A stretch of DNA of 63,478 nt, filler included, from Deltaproteobacteria bacterium (GTDB lineage Bacteria; Myxococcota; JACRCW01): NCBI GenBank assembly GCA_016218805.1. It is 4 parts of 4 records of this genome, joined end to end, with 100 filler letters (N's around TTAATTAATTAA, not from the genome) between each part and the next. Parts side by side here need not be neighbours in the genome. Positions count along the whole stretch, not along the records: positions 37,975 to 58,961 come from JACRCW010000068.1; 3 more parts are not named here. One strand, 5' to 3'. The notes below the pieces were generated by a model, which saw only the letters and a list, made by a program, of their open reading frames with translations, searched no databases and was not told the DNA's origin. Of the stretch, positions 44,891-53,652 are shown piece by piece; within the stretch, counting starts at the first letter, position 1; each line of letters begins with the position of its first letter. The translations under genes were made by a program, and so were the position numbers.

Positions 44891-46295
44891 CGGGCACCTC
44901 GGGATGAAGCGTGAGGTCGTCGCCGGTGTGTTCGGGTGCAACCAGGCGTTCGCCCGTCGTGGCAACGCGGATGGCGAGTGGCGGGTGGACGTCAGGCGCA
45001 AAGTGTTGCAGCGCGCGCAGGACAAGGAAGTCCGCCTCCGAGCCGCGGGCGACAATGGAGAGCAACGCCGACAATGGGCGCGGCTCCTCCAAGGAAACCA
45101 GCAGGCGGTCAACCGCTTCGCACACCTCCGGCGGAAAGGCGGGCGGCGGCGGTGACATGGCAACGAGCGCGTCCTCGTCAACGGCGCGCCCCACGCGCGT
45201 CCGCTCCCGTGGCGGCACAAGCAGTTGGTCCCAGAGCACGCCGAGGTCCAGCACGGCGGGCGCGGACGGCCCACGCGCGCTGGCCACAAACGCATCCGTC
45301 ACGGTCACCGCGTCCCGCGCCACCAGCCTGGCGGCCGGGACCCACAGTCCCTCCTCCAGCGGCGGCAGCCGCACCAGCGCCACCGGCGCAAACCGCTGGC
45401 GTTCCTGTTCCGCGCGGAACACGTCAAACGTGGCCATGAGGCGGCCATGCAGCTGCAGGTGCCGGGAGCGGCAGTCATCCAGCGCCTCGCGGATTCTTGC
45501 CAGCGCGGCGGCCTGCGCAGGTTCCTCCACCACGAGGAGCTGCTCCTCCACCGTCCCCAGCAACTCACGTTCCGCCGCGAGCCGGCCCTCCAGGTGCGCG
45601 CGGGCCTCCTTGACGAGATGGGGAACCTCGCTGCGCCAGTCCACGCGGCCGATGTCCCGCCGGGTGCGTTTCAGGACGTCGTCAACCTTCTCCGCGTACT
45701 GGATGCTGCGGACCTGCGCCTCGCGCGCGCTGCGCGCGGCCATGTCCAGCCGGCCGCGCTCCATCTGCGAGCGGATGACCGCTTCCGCCGCCGCCTGCGC
45801 ATCCTCAAGATCCACGTCAAGGGAGCGGAGGAACAGGTTGATGCCGTCCTTTTCCACGCGGATGACCACCGACCCGTCAACCGCCTCCACCTCGCTGGCC
45901 AGCGTGAAGTCAATGACCCGCCGCTCGGCGCGCCCATCAGAGAAATCCACGTATTCCGCGCGGTACGCCTGCCGCCGGTCCGCGTCATTGAGCAGCATTC
46001 CCACCACGGACAGGATCACCGCGCGGTGCCGCTCGCGGTCGGGCGGCACCCCCGCGGCGCGGTCACCCGACTCCAGCAGCGGCACCAGCGCGCACTCCAG
46101 CTCCGCGCGGCTGGCCCCGGGCCGCAGCCCCAGCGCGTCCACCAGCACTTCCAGCGCACGCATCGCCAGCGCAAGCGCATCGTCGTGCGGCAGCGTCGCG
46201 GCGCGGCGCCCTTCGGCCGCGCGCAGGGCGTGGAACGGCGCGGTCTTCACCAGCGCGCGCAGCCGCCTTGTCAATGCGTCATGCCAATGGGTCAT
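44880..46295 (-). CDS. jetA: Wadjet JetA-like (kleisin) subunit (471 aa)
   Basis: First gene of a tightly coupled four-gene operon ending in SMC and Toprim. Helical, with GINLFLRSLDVDLEDAQAA..Q.ERGR. Confidence 0.75.
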   Translation of the reverse strand: MTHWHDALTRRLRALVKTAPFHALRAAEGRRAATLPHDDALALAMRALEVLVDALGLRPGASRAELECALVPLLESGDRAAGVPPDRERHRAVILSVVGMLLNDADRRQAYRAEYVDFSDGRAERRVIDFTLASEVEAVDGSVVIRVEKDGINLFLRSLDVDLEDAQAAAEAVIRSQMERGRLDMAARSAREAQVRSIQYAEKVDDVLKRTRRDIGRVDWRSEVPHLVKEARAHLEGRLAAERELLGTVEEQLLVVEEPAQAAALARIREALDDCRSRHLQLHGRLMATFDVFRAEQERQRFAPVALVRLPPLEEGLWVPAARLVARDAVTVTDAFVASARGPSAPAVLDLGVLWDQLLVPPRERTRVGRAVDEDALVAMSPPPPAFPPEVCEAVDRLLVSLEEPRPLSALLSIVARGSEADFLVLRALQHFAPDVHPPLAIRVATTGERLVAPEHTGDDLTLHPEVPDEH

Positions 46296-46413
46296 CAGGC
46301 GGGACCATGGCGGAACGGAGGCAGATCTCCAACGCCGCGGGCACCCCACAGCGTTCCCCGCTGCGTGCGCCTTGCCACGGCCGCCCCATCCGTCCACGCT
46401 GCCCGCGGCAAAC

Positions 46414-47253
46414 ATGCACGCGCTCGCTCTCGTCCTTCTTGCCGGCACGCCGGCCCCGGCTCCCGCGCTGCTGGTTGGAACCGCCGCGGATCTGGCCGCG
46501 CTGCGGGCCGCGCCGCCACCGCGCGCCTACCTCGCCGTTGCCCAGGCCCTGACGGAGGATGACGGCACCCGGATGCGGGCCGCGGGCCTGGTGCTGGACG
46601 GCTGTCCGGTCGCCGTGACGGATCTCGCGCGGTTCACCTTCACGCACCACCGCTCGGATGGGACCATCGCCGTCGGCGTCCTGGTGGTACACCGCCGCGC
46701 CGCCCGCGAATTCACCGATATCTTCCGTGACGCGTACAACGCGCGCTTTCCCATCCACCGCGCCGAGCCAATTGAGCGCTATGCCGGCGACGACGACGCC
46801 TCCATGGCGGCCAACAACACCAGCGCGTTCAACTGCCGCCGCAAGGTCCTTGCGCCGCTCCCGGACGGGACCCGGCCGCCCGCGGAGTTCTCGCTGCACA
46901 GCTGGGGTACGGTGGTGGACCTCAACCCGCTGGAGAACCCGTATCTGCGTGCCTCCACCGCGCGGCTGGACGCGTGGCGTGCGTTCTCCGCCGGCGCTCC
47001 GGTGCCGCGCCTGCCGTCACTGTTGCGCGCGTTCTGCCTGGAAGCGGACGCCCAGTGCGACGTGCTTCCGGCCGGCGGTCGCACGCACCTGCGGCGCGGG
47101 GAAGGCGGCGGCGTGCTGACTCCCGCCAGCCCGGTGGTGCGCGCGTTCAAGCAGCGAGGCTGGCGGTGGGGCGGGGACTGGCCGGCGTCACATGCGGACA
47201 AAGTCCGCGCGGACCCGCAGCACTTTGAAAAGACCCTGGCAGAATTCCCATGA
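46414..47253 (+). CDS. M15 family metallopeptidase (D-Ala-D-Ala carboxypeptidase / peptidoglycan peptidase-like)
   Basis: Signal peptide; NNTSAFNCR, SLHSWGTVVDLNPLENPY (H-x6-D), WRWGGDW and DPQHFE. Confidence 0.88.
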   Translation: MHALALVLLAGTPAPAPALLVGTAADLAALRAAPPPRAYLAVAQALTEDDGTRMRAAGLVLDGCPVAVTDLARFTFTHHRSDGTIAVGVLVVHRRAAREFTDIFRDAYNARFPIHRAEPIERYAGDDDASMAANNTSAFNCRRKVLAPLPDGTRPPAEFSLHSWGTVVDLNPLENPYLRASTARLDAWRAFSAGAPVPRLPSLLRAFCLEADAQCDVLPAGGRTHLRRGEGGGVLTPASPVVRAFKQRGWRWGGDWPASHADKVRADPQHFEKTLAEFP

Positions 47254-47259
47254 ATTGCG

Positions 47260-49314
47260 TCAGCCGTTCTTCACGCGGATGGAGTAATTCCCGCAGAACG
47301 GCCCGGTTCCCGGCGTGAACCGCACGCGCAGCGTGACGTCCCGCCCGTCCTCGCTGCCCCAGCTGCCGTCGCGGCGGAAGCTGCGCAGCCCGCACGTCTC
47401 CCCGCCGCGGCCACAGCCCTGGCCCTGCACGTCGTGCACGTCGTGGCGCACGCAGAACTCCAGGCCGGCCGGCGTGCTGCCCGTCATCTCCACGCGCAGG
47501 TCAAAGCTGTCTCCAAACAGTTCCCCCACACCGCCGTCGTCCTCGGCAAAGAACCACCACCAGTCCTCGTCCTCGGCGGTGGACAGCACGCCGGACAGGT
47601 ACGCCTCACGGCCGTCCGAATCCTTGAACGTGCCCGCGTTGCGCGCGCCACCGTTCCCGCACGCCTGGCCAATGTCCCCGCCGTCGTCTTCGCCGCACTC
47701 GCAGCCGTTGACGCCCACGTGGTCGGTGTCGTGCCAGCCGGGCTCGCACGCGTCAATGTCACACTTTCCGCCCAGGCACGTGGGCGTGGCGTGCGGAATG
47801 GGACAACCCTCCGTGCAGTTCATCCCGCGTGCGCGCACCGGCACGCGCTTGAGCGGCTCGTTGGGGTCGTCGCTGACAATGATGAGCGTCCCGTTCACGG
47901 TGCCCTCAGACGCCGGCAGGTAGCGCAGCGTGATGTCCATGGGCGGGTCCTCCGGCAGCAGCGTCACGGGGAGCGCGCTGACCGGTTCCAACTGGATCTG
48001 CACCGAGCTCCCGGGTTCCATGGACACAGCAGTGATGTGCAGCGGCCCGGCCCCCGTGTTGCGCACGCCCACCGTGCGCGGCTCCGTGGTCCAGCCCACC
48101 ACCACGCCGCCAAAGTCCAGCTGCGCCGGATTGGGCGTGCACGTCGGCAACACGCCAAACGCGTCCAGCCGGATGCGCACCACCGCGCGCCGCGGGTCAT
48201 TGGAGCGCAGCACCAGGTACGGCACGGAGGCCCCCGGCCCCAACGCCTGCCCGCCGGCCACCGCCGTCCAGTTCACCACCACCTGGTCATATTCAAAAGA
48301 CGCAATGGGCGGCAGCGCTCCGGCCGCGGGCTGGATGGAGAATCCCGCGCCCTCCGCGCCCTCCAGGGACGGCGCCACGGTGAGGTCCCGCCCGCCCACG
48401 TTGCGCAGGCGCACCGAGGCAGACAGCGTGCCCCCCACGCCAATGCTGCCCACCTCCAGCACGTTGCCCGGCAACAGCACCTCCAGCTCCGCATCCATCT
48501 TGGCCGTGGCAATGAGGTCCACGGGAATGTCCGGGTTGGCGCCGTCGTTGGTGGCCAGGTGCAGGCGCCCGCGGAAGGTGCGCGCGCTGGACGGGTCCAG
48601 CGCGGGGGCAAACTTCACGTTGATGAGCGCCTCACCCGCGGTGTTCACGTACAGCGGCGGCGCGGTGAGCACGCGGAAGGCGGGATCGGATTCGGGCTCC
48701 GGTTCCCACGCCGTCACGGCCAGCACGCTGGGGGCCAGCGTGTCATTCTTCACGCGGATGGGGATGGTCAGCGCGTCCCCCGGCGCCACGTAGCCAAAGT
48801 TGAGCTCCGGCGGCTCCACCTTGGCGTGCGGTGAACCCAGCGTGCGCGTGCGCAGCGCCACCGTCACCGGTTCCGGGTCCGGCCCCTGCGGCGGGTCCAA
48901 CTGGTAAGTAATGCGAACCTGCCCGTCATCCGCCACCGAATCCGTGGGCACATAGCGGACATCCAGGCGCACCGGTGTGCCCTTGCGGATCTCCAGCGGC
49001 ACCGCGCCCTGCAGCGTGACGGTGAAGTCTTCCGACGAGGTGGAGGTCAGCGCCACGCGCGTGAGGCGCACCACGCCGCTGCCGCGGTTCTCAATGGACA
49101 GGTGCTGCGTGGTGTCGCACTGCGTGGTCACGCAGTCGAACCCCAGGCCAAACGGCGGCGTGATGAACAGCCGCGGCGGGGTGTCTTCCGCGCCGGGACA
49201 GGCGGTCCCGCCGTCGCACTCGTCCGTGGTCCCGGACGGGTTGCAGGCCGCGGCCAGGGCCAGCAGCCAGGCGGCGGCAATAGGACGGGAAGCTCCCAAG
49301 CGGCCCTGCCTCAC
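47260..49314 (-). CDS. Lipoprotein with tandem choice-of-anchor-D/ASH Ig-like domains and a Cys-rich C-terminal module
   Basis: AAAC lipobox, four (P..)L.FG...N.G...L....SND repeats, then CDIDACEPGWHD.D...NGCEC and a DEDWWWF pre-peptidase-like domain. GTGA overlap with the upstream gene. Confidence 0.8.
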   Translation of the reverse strand: MRQGRLGASRPIAAAWLLALAAACNPSGTTDECDGGTACPGAEDTPPRLFITPPFGLGFDCVTTQCDTTQHLSIENRGSGVVRLTRVALTSTSSEDFTVTLQGAVPLEIRKGTPVRLDVRYVPTDSVADDGQVRITYQLDPPQGPDPEPVTVALRTRTLGSPHAKVEPPELNFGYVAPGDALTIPIRVKNDTLAPSVLAVTAWEPEPESDPAFRVLTAPPLYVNTAGEALINVKFAPALDPSSARTFRGRLHLATNDGANPDIPVDLIATAKMDAELEVLLPGNVLEVGSIGVGGTLSASVRLRNVGGRDLTVAPSLEGAEGAGFSIQPAAGALPPIASFEYDQVVVNWTAVAGGQALGPGASVPYLVLRSNDPRRAVVRIRLDAFGVLPTCTPNPAQLDFGGVVVGWTTEPRTVGVRNTGAGPLHITAVSMEPGSSVQIQLEPVSALPVTLLPEDPPMDITLRYLPASEGTVNGTLIIVSDDPNEPLKRVPVRARGMNCTEGCPIPHATPTCLGGKCDIDACEPGWHDTDHVGVNGCECGEDDGGDIGQACGNGGARNAGTFKDSDGREAYLSGVLSTAEDEDWWWFFAEDDGGVGELFGDSFDLRVEMTGSTPAGLEFCVRHDVHDVQGQGCGRGGETCGLRSFRRDGSWGSEDGRDVTLRVRFTPGTGPFCGNYSIRVKNG

Positions 49315-51269
49315 GGCACGCAGCGCGCGGAGAACTGTCCCTGGGCGCTGCGCGTGACAATGGCGATGTCGTTGACCTGGCCCTTGCTGCCCAGCCGCCC
49401 GGCGCATGTCATGTTGGCGGACCCGTTGATGTAGATGTTCACCGTGACGCCGCTGCTGGCGTGGTCCCAGCAGTTGTTGGCAATGAATGACGAGATGTTG
49501 CCCGCGCCAATGTCAATGACGCCGCCGGAGATGTAGTCCACCAGCACGTCAATGCCGATGCCCAGCAAGGAGGCCAGCAGCTGCGTGGGGATGGACGCGC
49601 AGTCCTCCTCGTAGCTGGCCTTCACCGTGTAGTCCCCCTGGGAGCTGCCCGCGTTGTTGAGGATGATGCGTTCCGGTTCCTGCGCAATGCCCAGCGCCTG
49701 CCAGCGCGGCGTGCCGCCGTAGGTCCACGTGGTGCACGGGTCCTCAATGATGCCGGTGATGCGCCCCTGCGCGTCGTACGAGTAGCGCGGCTTGGTGCAC
49801 AGGTCCCCCTGCGGCCCCTCCAGCAGCAGGTCCACGTCGCGGAAGTCGTTCCCAAAAAACCCGCTGTCCCCGTTCTCGAAGGTCATCTCCAGCTTCAGGA
49901 TGTCATTGAACTGGTTGGGCGTGCCGTTGCCGCGCACCACAATGGTCTTCACGCCCGCCCCAAAATTGGCGTCGTACGTGGTGGGGTCATTGGAGGCCAC
50001 GCGAATCTCCGCGGTGATGGGCCCCAGCTGCGTGGGGTCGTAGTTCACGCGCATCAACGCGTCGAACCCCGGGCGCACCGGCAGCTCCAGCGGGCTGGGC
50101 GCCTGCACGGAGATGTCCGTGGAGGAGTTGGGCGAGAAGCTCACCGACACCGTCATGGGCGTCTGCCCGGTGTTCTGGATGCGCACCAGCACGGGCTCCA
50201 CGGTGGTGCCCACCTCCTTGCTGCCAAAGTCAATGACCGTGTGGTCCAGCGCCAGCACGGGGGGCGTGGTGGAGAACCCCTTGAGCTGCACGCGCGCGGT
50301 CTGCGTCTGGCCGGTCACCGCTTCGTAACTGAGCACCAGTTCACCTTCGTAATCCTGGAATCCCTGCGGGTGGAAGGTGACCTCCAGGTCAATGCACCCG
50401 CCCGTGGTCAGGCAGTCCGTGGCGCCCTGCGTGGTGGTGGACAACTGCACGGTGGCGGACGGGAAGCTGATGGTGGGCGTGGAGGCAAACGGCGGCGGCG
50501 TACCGGCCTGGAACAGGCGCGCATCCGTCACCGTCAGCACCGCGTTGCCATCCCCCACGTTGGACACGCGCACCGTACGCGTGGCGGACGACCCCGCCGC
50601 CAGGTAGCCAAAGTCCATCAGCTCCGGCTCCACCAGGAAGCGCGCCTGGCCCTCGTAGTGGCCCACCAGCGGGACCATCTGCGTGGGGTAGGTCTCGTCG
50701 TCGGAGCGGATCTGCAGCACACCCGTGCGCTCGCCGGCCTGCGCGGGCGCGTAGGTGATGTTCACCGTCAGGCTGCGGTTGGGCGGCAGCCGGCGCGGGT
50801 AGGCGGAGGGCTCGCACGCGTCACACGTGAAGTCCGCCGGTGTGGTGGAGGAGAACCCCACGCCCTGGATGGTCAGCAGGCAGCTGCCCAGGTTGCGCAC
50901 CGTCACCGACCGCGTCTCCGTCCGCCCCATGGTCACCGCGCCAAAGTCCACCTCGGCCGGGTTGATGTCGATGATGGGGTGCGTGTCCGCGGTGCATTCA
51001 AACGTGCTGTCCGGCGTGCATTCACCGAAGACGCACACTTCACCGTCCCGGCAGTCCGCATCCGTGTCACACCCGCCCGTGGAGCACACGCCGCCCTGGC
51101 ACCGCCCGGACGCGCAGTCCGCGTCCACCGTGCACGCCGAACCGGGCGCACTGCCACTGGACGTCGTCACGTCGTTTTCGCGGACGTAGCCCGTGCCGCT
51201 GTCGCAGCTGCACGCGTTGAGCATCATCGGCAGGAGCAGCAGGGCGGCGTATGGAATCGAGCGGTTCAT
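49311..51269 (-). CDS. Lipoprotein with Cys-rich N-terminus, three choice-of-anchor-D/ASH Ig-like domains and a YfaP-like C-terminal domain
   Basis: LNAC lipobox, C..DADC repeats, three (V/M/I)DFG...N.G repeats, and DVDLLL...PERIIL...GDYTVK C-terminal domain. Confidence 0.8.
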   Translation of the reverse strand: MNRSIPYAALLLLPMMLNACSCDSGTGYVRENDVTTSSGSAPGSACTVDADCASGRCQGGVCSTGGCDTDADCRDGEVCVFGECTPDSTFECTADTHPIIDINPAEVDFGAVTMGRTETRSVTVRNLGSCLLTIQGVGFSSTTPADFTCDACEPSAYPRRLPPNRSLTVNITYAPAQAGERTGVLQIRSDDETYPTQMVPLVGHYEGQARFLVEPELMDFGYLAAGSSATRTVRVSNVGDGNAVLTVTDARLFQAGTPPPFASTPTISFPSATVQLSTTTQGATDCLTTGGCIDLEVTFHPQGFQDYEGELVLSYEAVTGQTQTARVQLKGFSTTPPVLALDHTVIDFGSKEVGTTVEPVLVRIQNTGQTPMTVSVSFSPNSSTDISVQAPSPLELPVRPGFDALMRVNYDPTQLGPITAEIRVASNDPTTYDANFGAGVKTIVVRGNGTPNQFNDILKLEMTFENGDSGFFGNDFRDVDLLLEGPQGDLCTKPRYSYDAQGRITGIIEDPCTTWTYGGTPRWQALGIAQEPERIILNNAGSSQGDYTVKASYEEDCASIPTQLLASLLGIGIDVLVDYISGGVIDIGAGNISSFIANNCWDHASSGVTVNIYINGSANMTCAGRLGSKGQVNDIAIVTRSAQGQFSARCVP

Positions 51270-51499
51270 TGTCGTCCTTCCCAGGCATCGTTGCCGTCGG
51301 GCGTGTGGCCCGCGGGAGCCTACCAACCGCGCCACCCGCCTGCGCGGCGAAGGCGTGCTCCCGGAGGGCTTATCGGTCAAATGTCCGTGTGGGTGCGTGC
51401 CATACAGCCGGCCCACGGCGTCCATTCCCTGCCAGCCATCCGGGAGAGCACCCATGTTACGGACAACACAGGGCGTTTTTCAACGTCCGCGGATCCCGT

Positions 51500-53554
51500 T
51501 CACGGGTCCCGGATGGGGACGTGCGCCAGCAGGAAGGTGAACATGCGCTCCTGCTCCTCCACCTGGTCGGTGCGGCCCTTGCCCTGGCCGTGCCCCGCCT
51601 TGTCCTCAATGAACAGCAGCACCGGGTCGCTCCCGGCCTGCGCCGCCTGCAGGCGGGCGGCGAACTTGGCCGAGTGGCGCCAGGTCACGCGCGTGTCCTC
51701 GGCCGCCGTGGCGACGAGCACCGCCGGGTAGCGCACGCCGTCGGCCACCTGGTGGTACGGGCTGTACGCCCAGAGGTACGGCGCGTCGGCGGGGTTGTCG
51801 GCGGAGCCGTACTCGTCCACCCACAGTTCCGCGGGCGGCCAGCGGTGGAAGCGCACCATGTCAAACAGGCCCACCGCCGCGTACGCCGCGCGGAACAGGT
51901 GCGGCGTGCGCGTCACCGCCGCGCCCACCAGCAGGCCCCCGTTGCTCCCGCCGGAGATCACCAGCCGCTCCGGCCGTGTGATGCCCTCCGCAACCAGGAA
52001 CCGCATGGCGTATTCAAAGTCCGCAAACACCTGGGGCTTGTTCTGCCGCCGGCCCGCCTCGTGCCAGGCCTCGCCCAGCTCACCGCCGCCGCGGAGGTTG
52101 GCCACCGCCAGCACACCCCCGCGCTCCACCCAATACAGGTACCGCCGCGAGAACGACGGCGTCAGACTCACGTTGAATCCGCCGTACCCCGTCAACAGGA
52201 CCGGGTTGCTGCCGTCCTTGTGCCAGTCCCGCCGGTGCACCAGGAACATCGGCACCTCCGTCCCGTCAGACGAACGGTAGGAGACCTGCTCCACCACGCG
52301 GTCCGCCAGGTCCAGCGTGCTCTTCTCTTCCACCAGCGTCTTCACCTCCGGGGCCGGGCGGGAGAGTTCCACGGTGAGCAGGCTCGGCGGGGTCACCAAC
52401 GACGCCCATTCCACGACGAGGGTGGACCGGTCCATCCGCGCGTCCGCGTTGTTCACGCTGCCCACGCCCGGCAGTGGGATCTCCGCGCGCAACGCGCCCT
52501 GGTTGTCGCGGTACTGCATGCGGGACACCGCACGGTCCAGCGCCAGCGTCACCAGCCCGCCCTTCACCAGCAGCATTCCCTTGAGGGCCTGCGGTCCTTC
52601 CGGGACCAGCGTCTCCCACGCGGCCTTGCCCGGGTTGGCCGGGTCAATCCGCACCAGGCGCCCGCGCGGCGCATCCAGGTCCGTCACGGCGTAGACCCGC
52701 CCCTCCCGGATGTCCGCGGCGTCAAACGTGCCCGGCCCGCCCACCACCAGCGGCCGCACGGTGCGCGCGGGCAGGTCCATCCAATACAGGTCCGTGGCGG
52801 ACCAGCCGCGGCTCACCGCAATGAGCAGCGCCTTGCCGTCGTCAGACAGCGTGGTGGAGGGCCAGAACGTCTTGTCCAGCCCGTCACCAAACACCACCGG
52901 GTCGTTCTTCCAGTCCGTGCCCAGGCGGTGGAAGTGGATGCGCGGGCTGTAGCGCTCGCCCGGTGGGAAGCGGCGGTAGAAGAACCCGGAGTCATCCCGC
53001 AGCCAGGTGAGGTCACACCAGCGCGTGTCCGGGATCTCCTCTTTCTGCAGCCGGCCGCTGCCCGTCTCCAGCACGCGCAACACGCTGTTCTCATCCCCGT
53101 TGCGCGAGATGCCGTACACCACGTACCGCCCCGTCCACGACGGGTGGAACCAGTCCAACGCGGTCTTGCCGGTGGGGTCCTGCTTGCCCAGGTCCAGCAG
53201 CACGCGCTCCCGCGTCCCCTCCCGCACCACGAACAACGGCTGCTCCGCCTTCCCGTCCTGCCGCGTGAAGAACACCCGCTCCCCGCCCAGCCGCGGCCGC
53301 CCCACGCTGCCCACGGCTGCCAGCTTCTCCAGCCGCTCGCGCAGGCCCGGCACGCGGTGCTCCACCAGCCACTGCGCGGCGCGGCGGCGTTCCGTCTCCA
53401 GGTACGGGCGCGCGGTGGCGTCATCCTCCAGCGCCCGGTACGGGTCCTTGACCGCCACGCCGCCCACGTCCTCCGTCACCGCGCCGGCCGTGCCCGGCCC
53501 ACCCGCACCCGCCAGCAGCGCGCACGCGGCGCCCGTCCAAAACATGAACATCAT
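51500..53554 (-). CDS. Prolyl oligopeptidase (S9A), probably secreted
   Basis: GGAGG RBS; DPYRALED, GYGGFN, NLRGGGELGEAWH, GGSNGGLL, DTRV and AGHG. Confidence 0.93.
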   Translation of the reverse strand: MMFMFWTGAACALLAGAGGPGTAGAVTEDVGGVAVKDPYRALEDDATARPYLETERRRAAQWLVEHRVPGLRERLEKLAAVGSVGRPRLGGERVFFTRQDGKAEQPLFVVREGTRERVLLDLGKQDPTGKTALDWFHPSWTGRYVVYGISRNGDENSVLRVLETGSGRLQKEEIPDTRWCDLTWLRDDSGFFYRRFPPGERYSPRIHFHRLGTDWKNDPVVFGDGLDKTFWPSTTLSDDGKALLIAVSRGWSATDLYWMDLPARTVRPLVVGGPGTFDAADIREGRVYAVTDLDAPRGRLVRIDPANPGKAAWETLVPEGPQALKGMLLVKGGLVTLALDRAVSRMQYRDNQGALRAEIPLPGVGSVNNADARMDRSTLVVEWASLVTPPSLLTVELSRPAPEVKTLVEEKSTLDLADRVVEQVSYRSSDGTEVPMFLVHRRDWHKDGSNPVLLTGYGGFNVSLTPSFSRRYLYWVERGGVLAVANLRGGGELGEAWHEAGRRQNKPQVFADFEYAMRFLVAEGITRPERLVISGGSNGGLLVGAAVTRTPHLFRAAYAAVGLFDMVRFHRWPPAELWVDEYGSADNPADAPYLWAYSPYHQVADGVRYPAVLVATAAEDTRVTWRHSAKFAARLQAAQAGSDPVLLFIEDKAGHGQGKGRTDQVEEQERMFTFLLAHVPIRDP

Positions 53555-53605
53555 GACCTCCACCCTGCACGTCCACGCCGACGCTGCGGGCGGTGCCGGC
53601 ACCCC

Positions 53606-53621
53606 GTCAAGAGGGCTTGAC
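53606..53621. promoter_or_regulatory. Palindrome GTCAAG-N4-CTTGAC in a divergent intergenic region (operator or back-to-back -35 boxes)
   Basis: Perfect 6-4-6 inverted repeat giving TTGAC on both strands, between the peptidase and the sigma54 activator starts. Confidence 0.45.
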
Positions 53622-53652
53622 TCCCCCACCCCGCAGGCGTTCCCTCGCGGCC

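Noticed and set aside
51270..51500. Sigma54 promoter upstream of the Ig-lipoprotein pair (TGGCAC on the minus strand)
   Set aside because: No GC at the required GG-N10-GC spacing. The candidate upstream of the prolyl oligopeptidase fails the same test.
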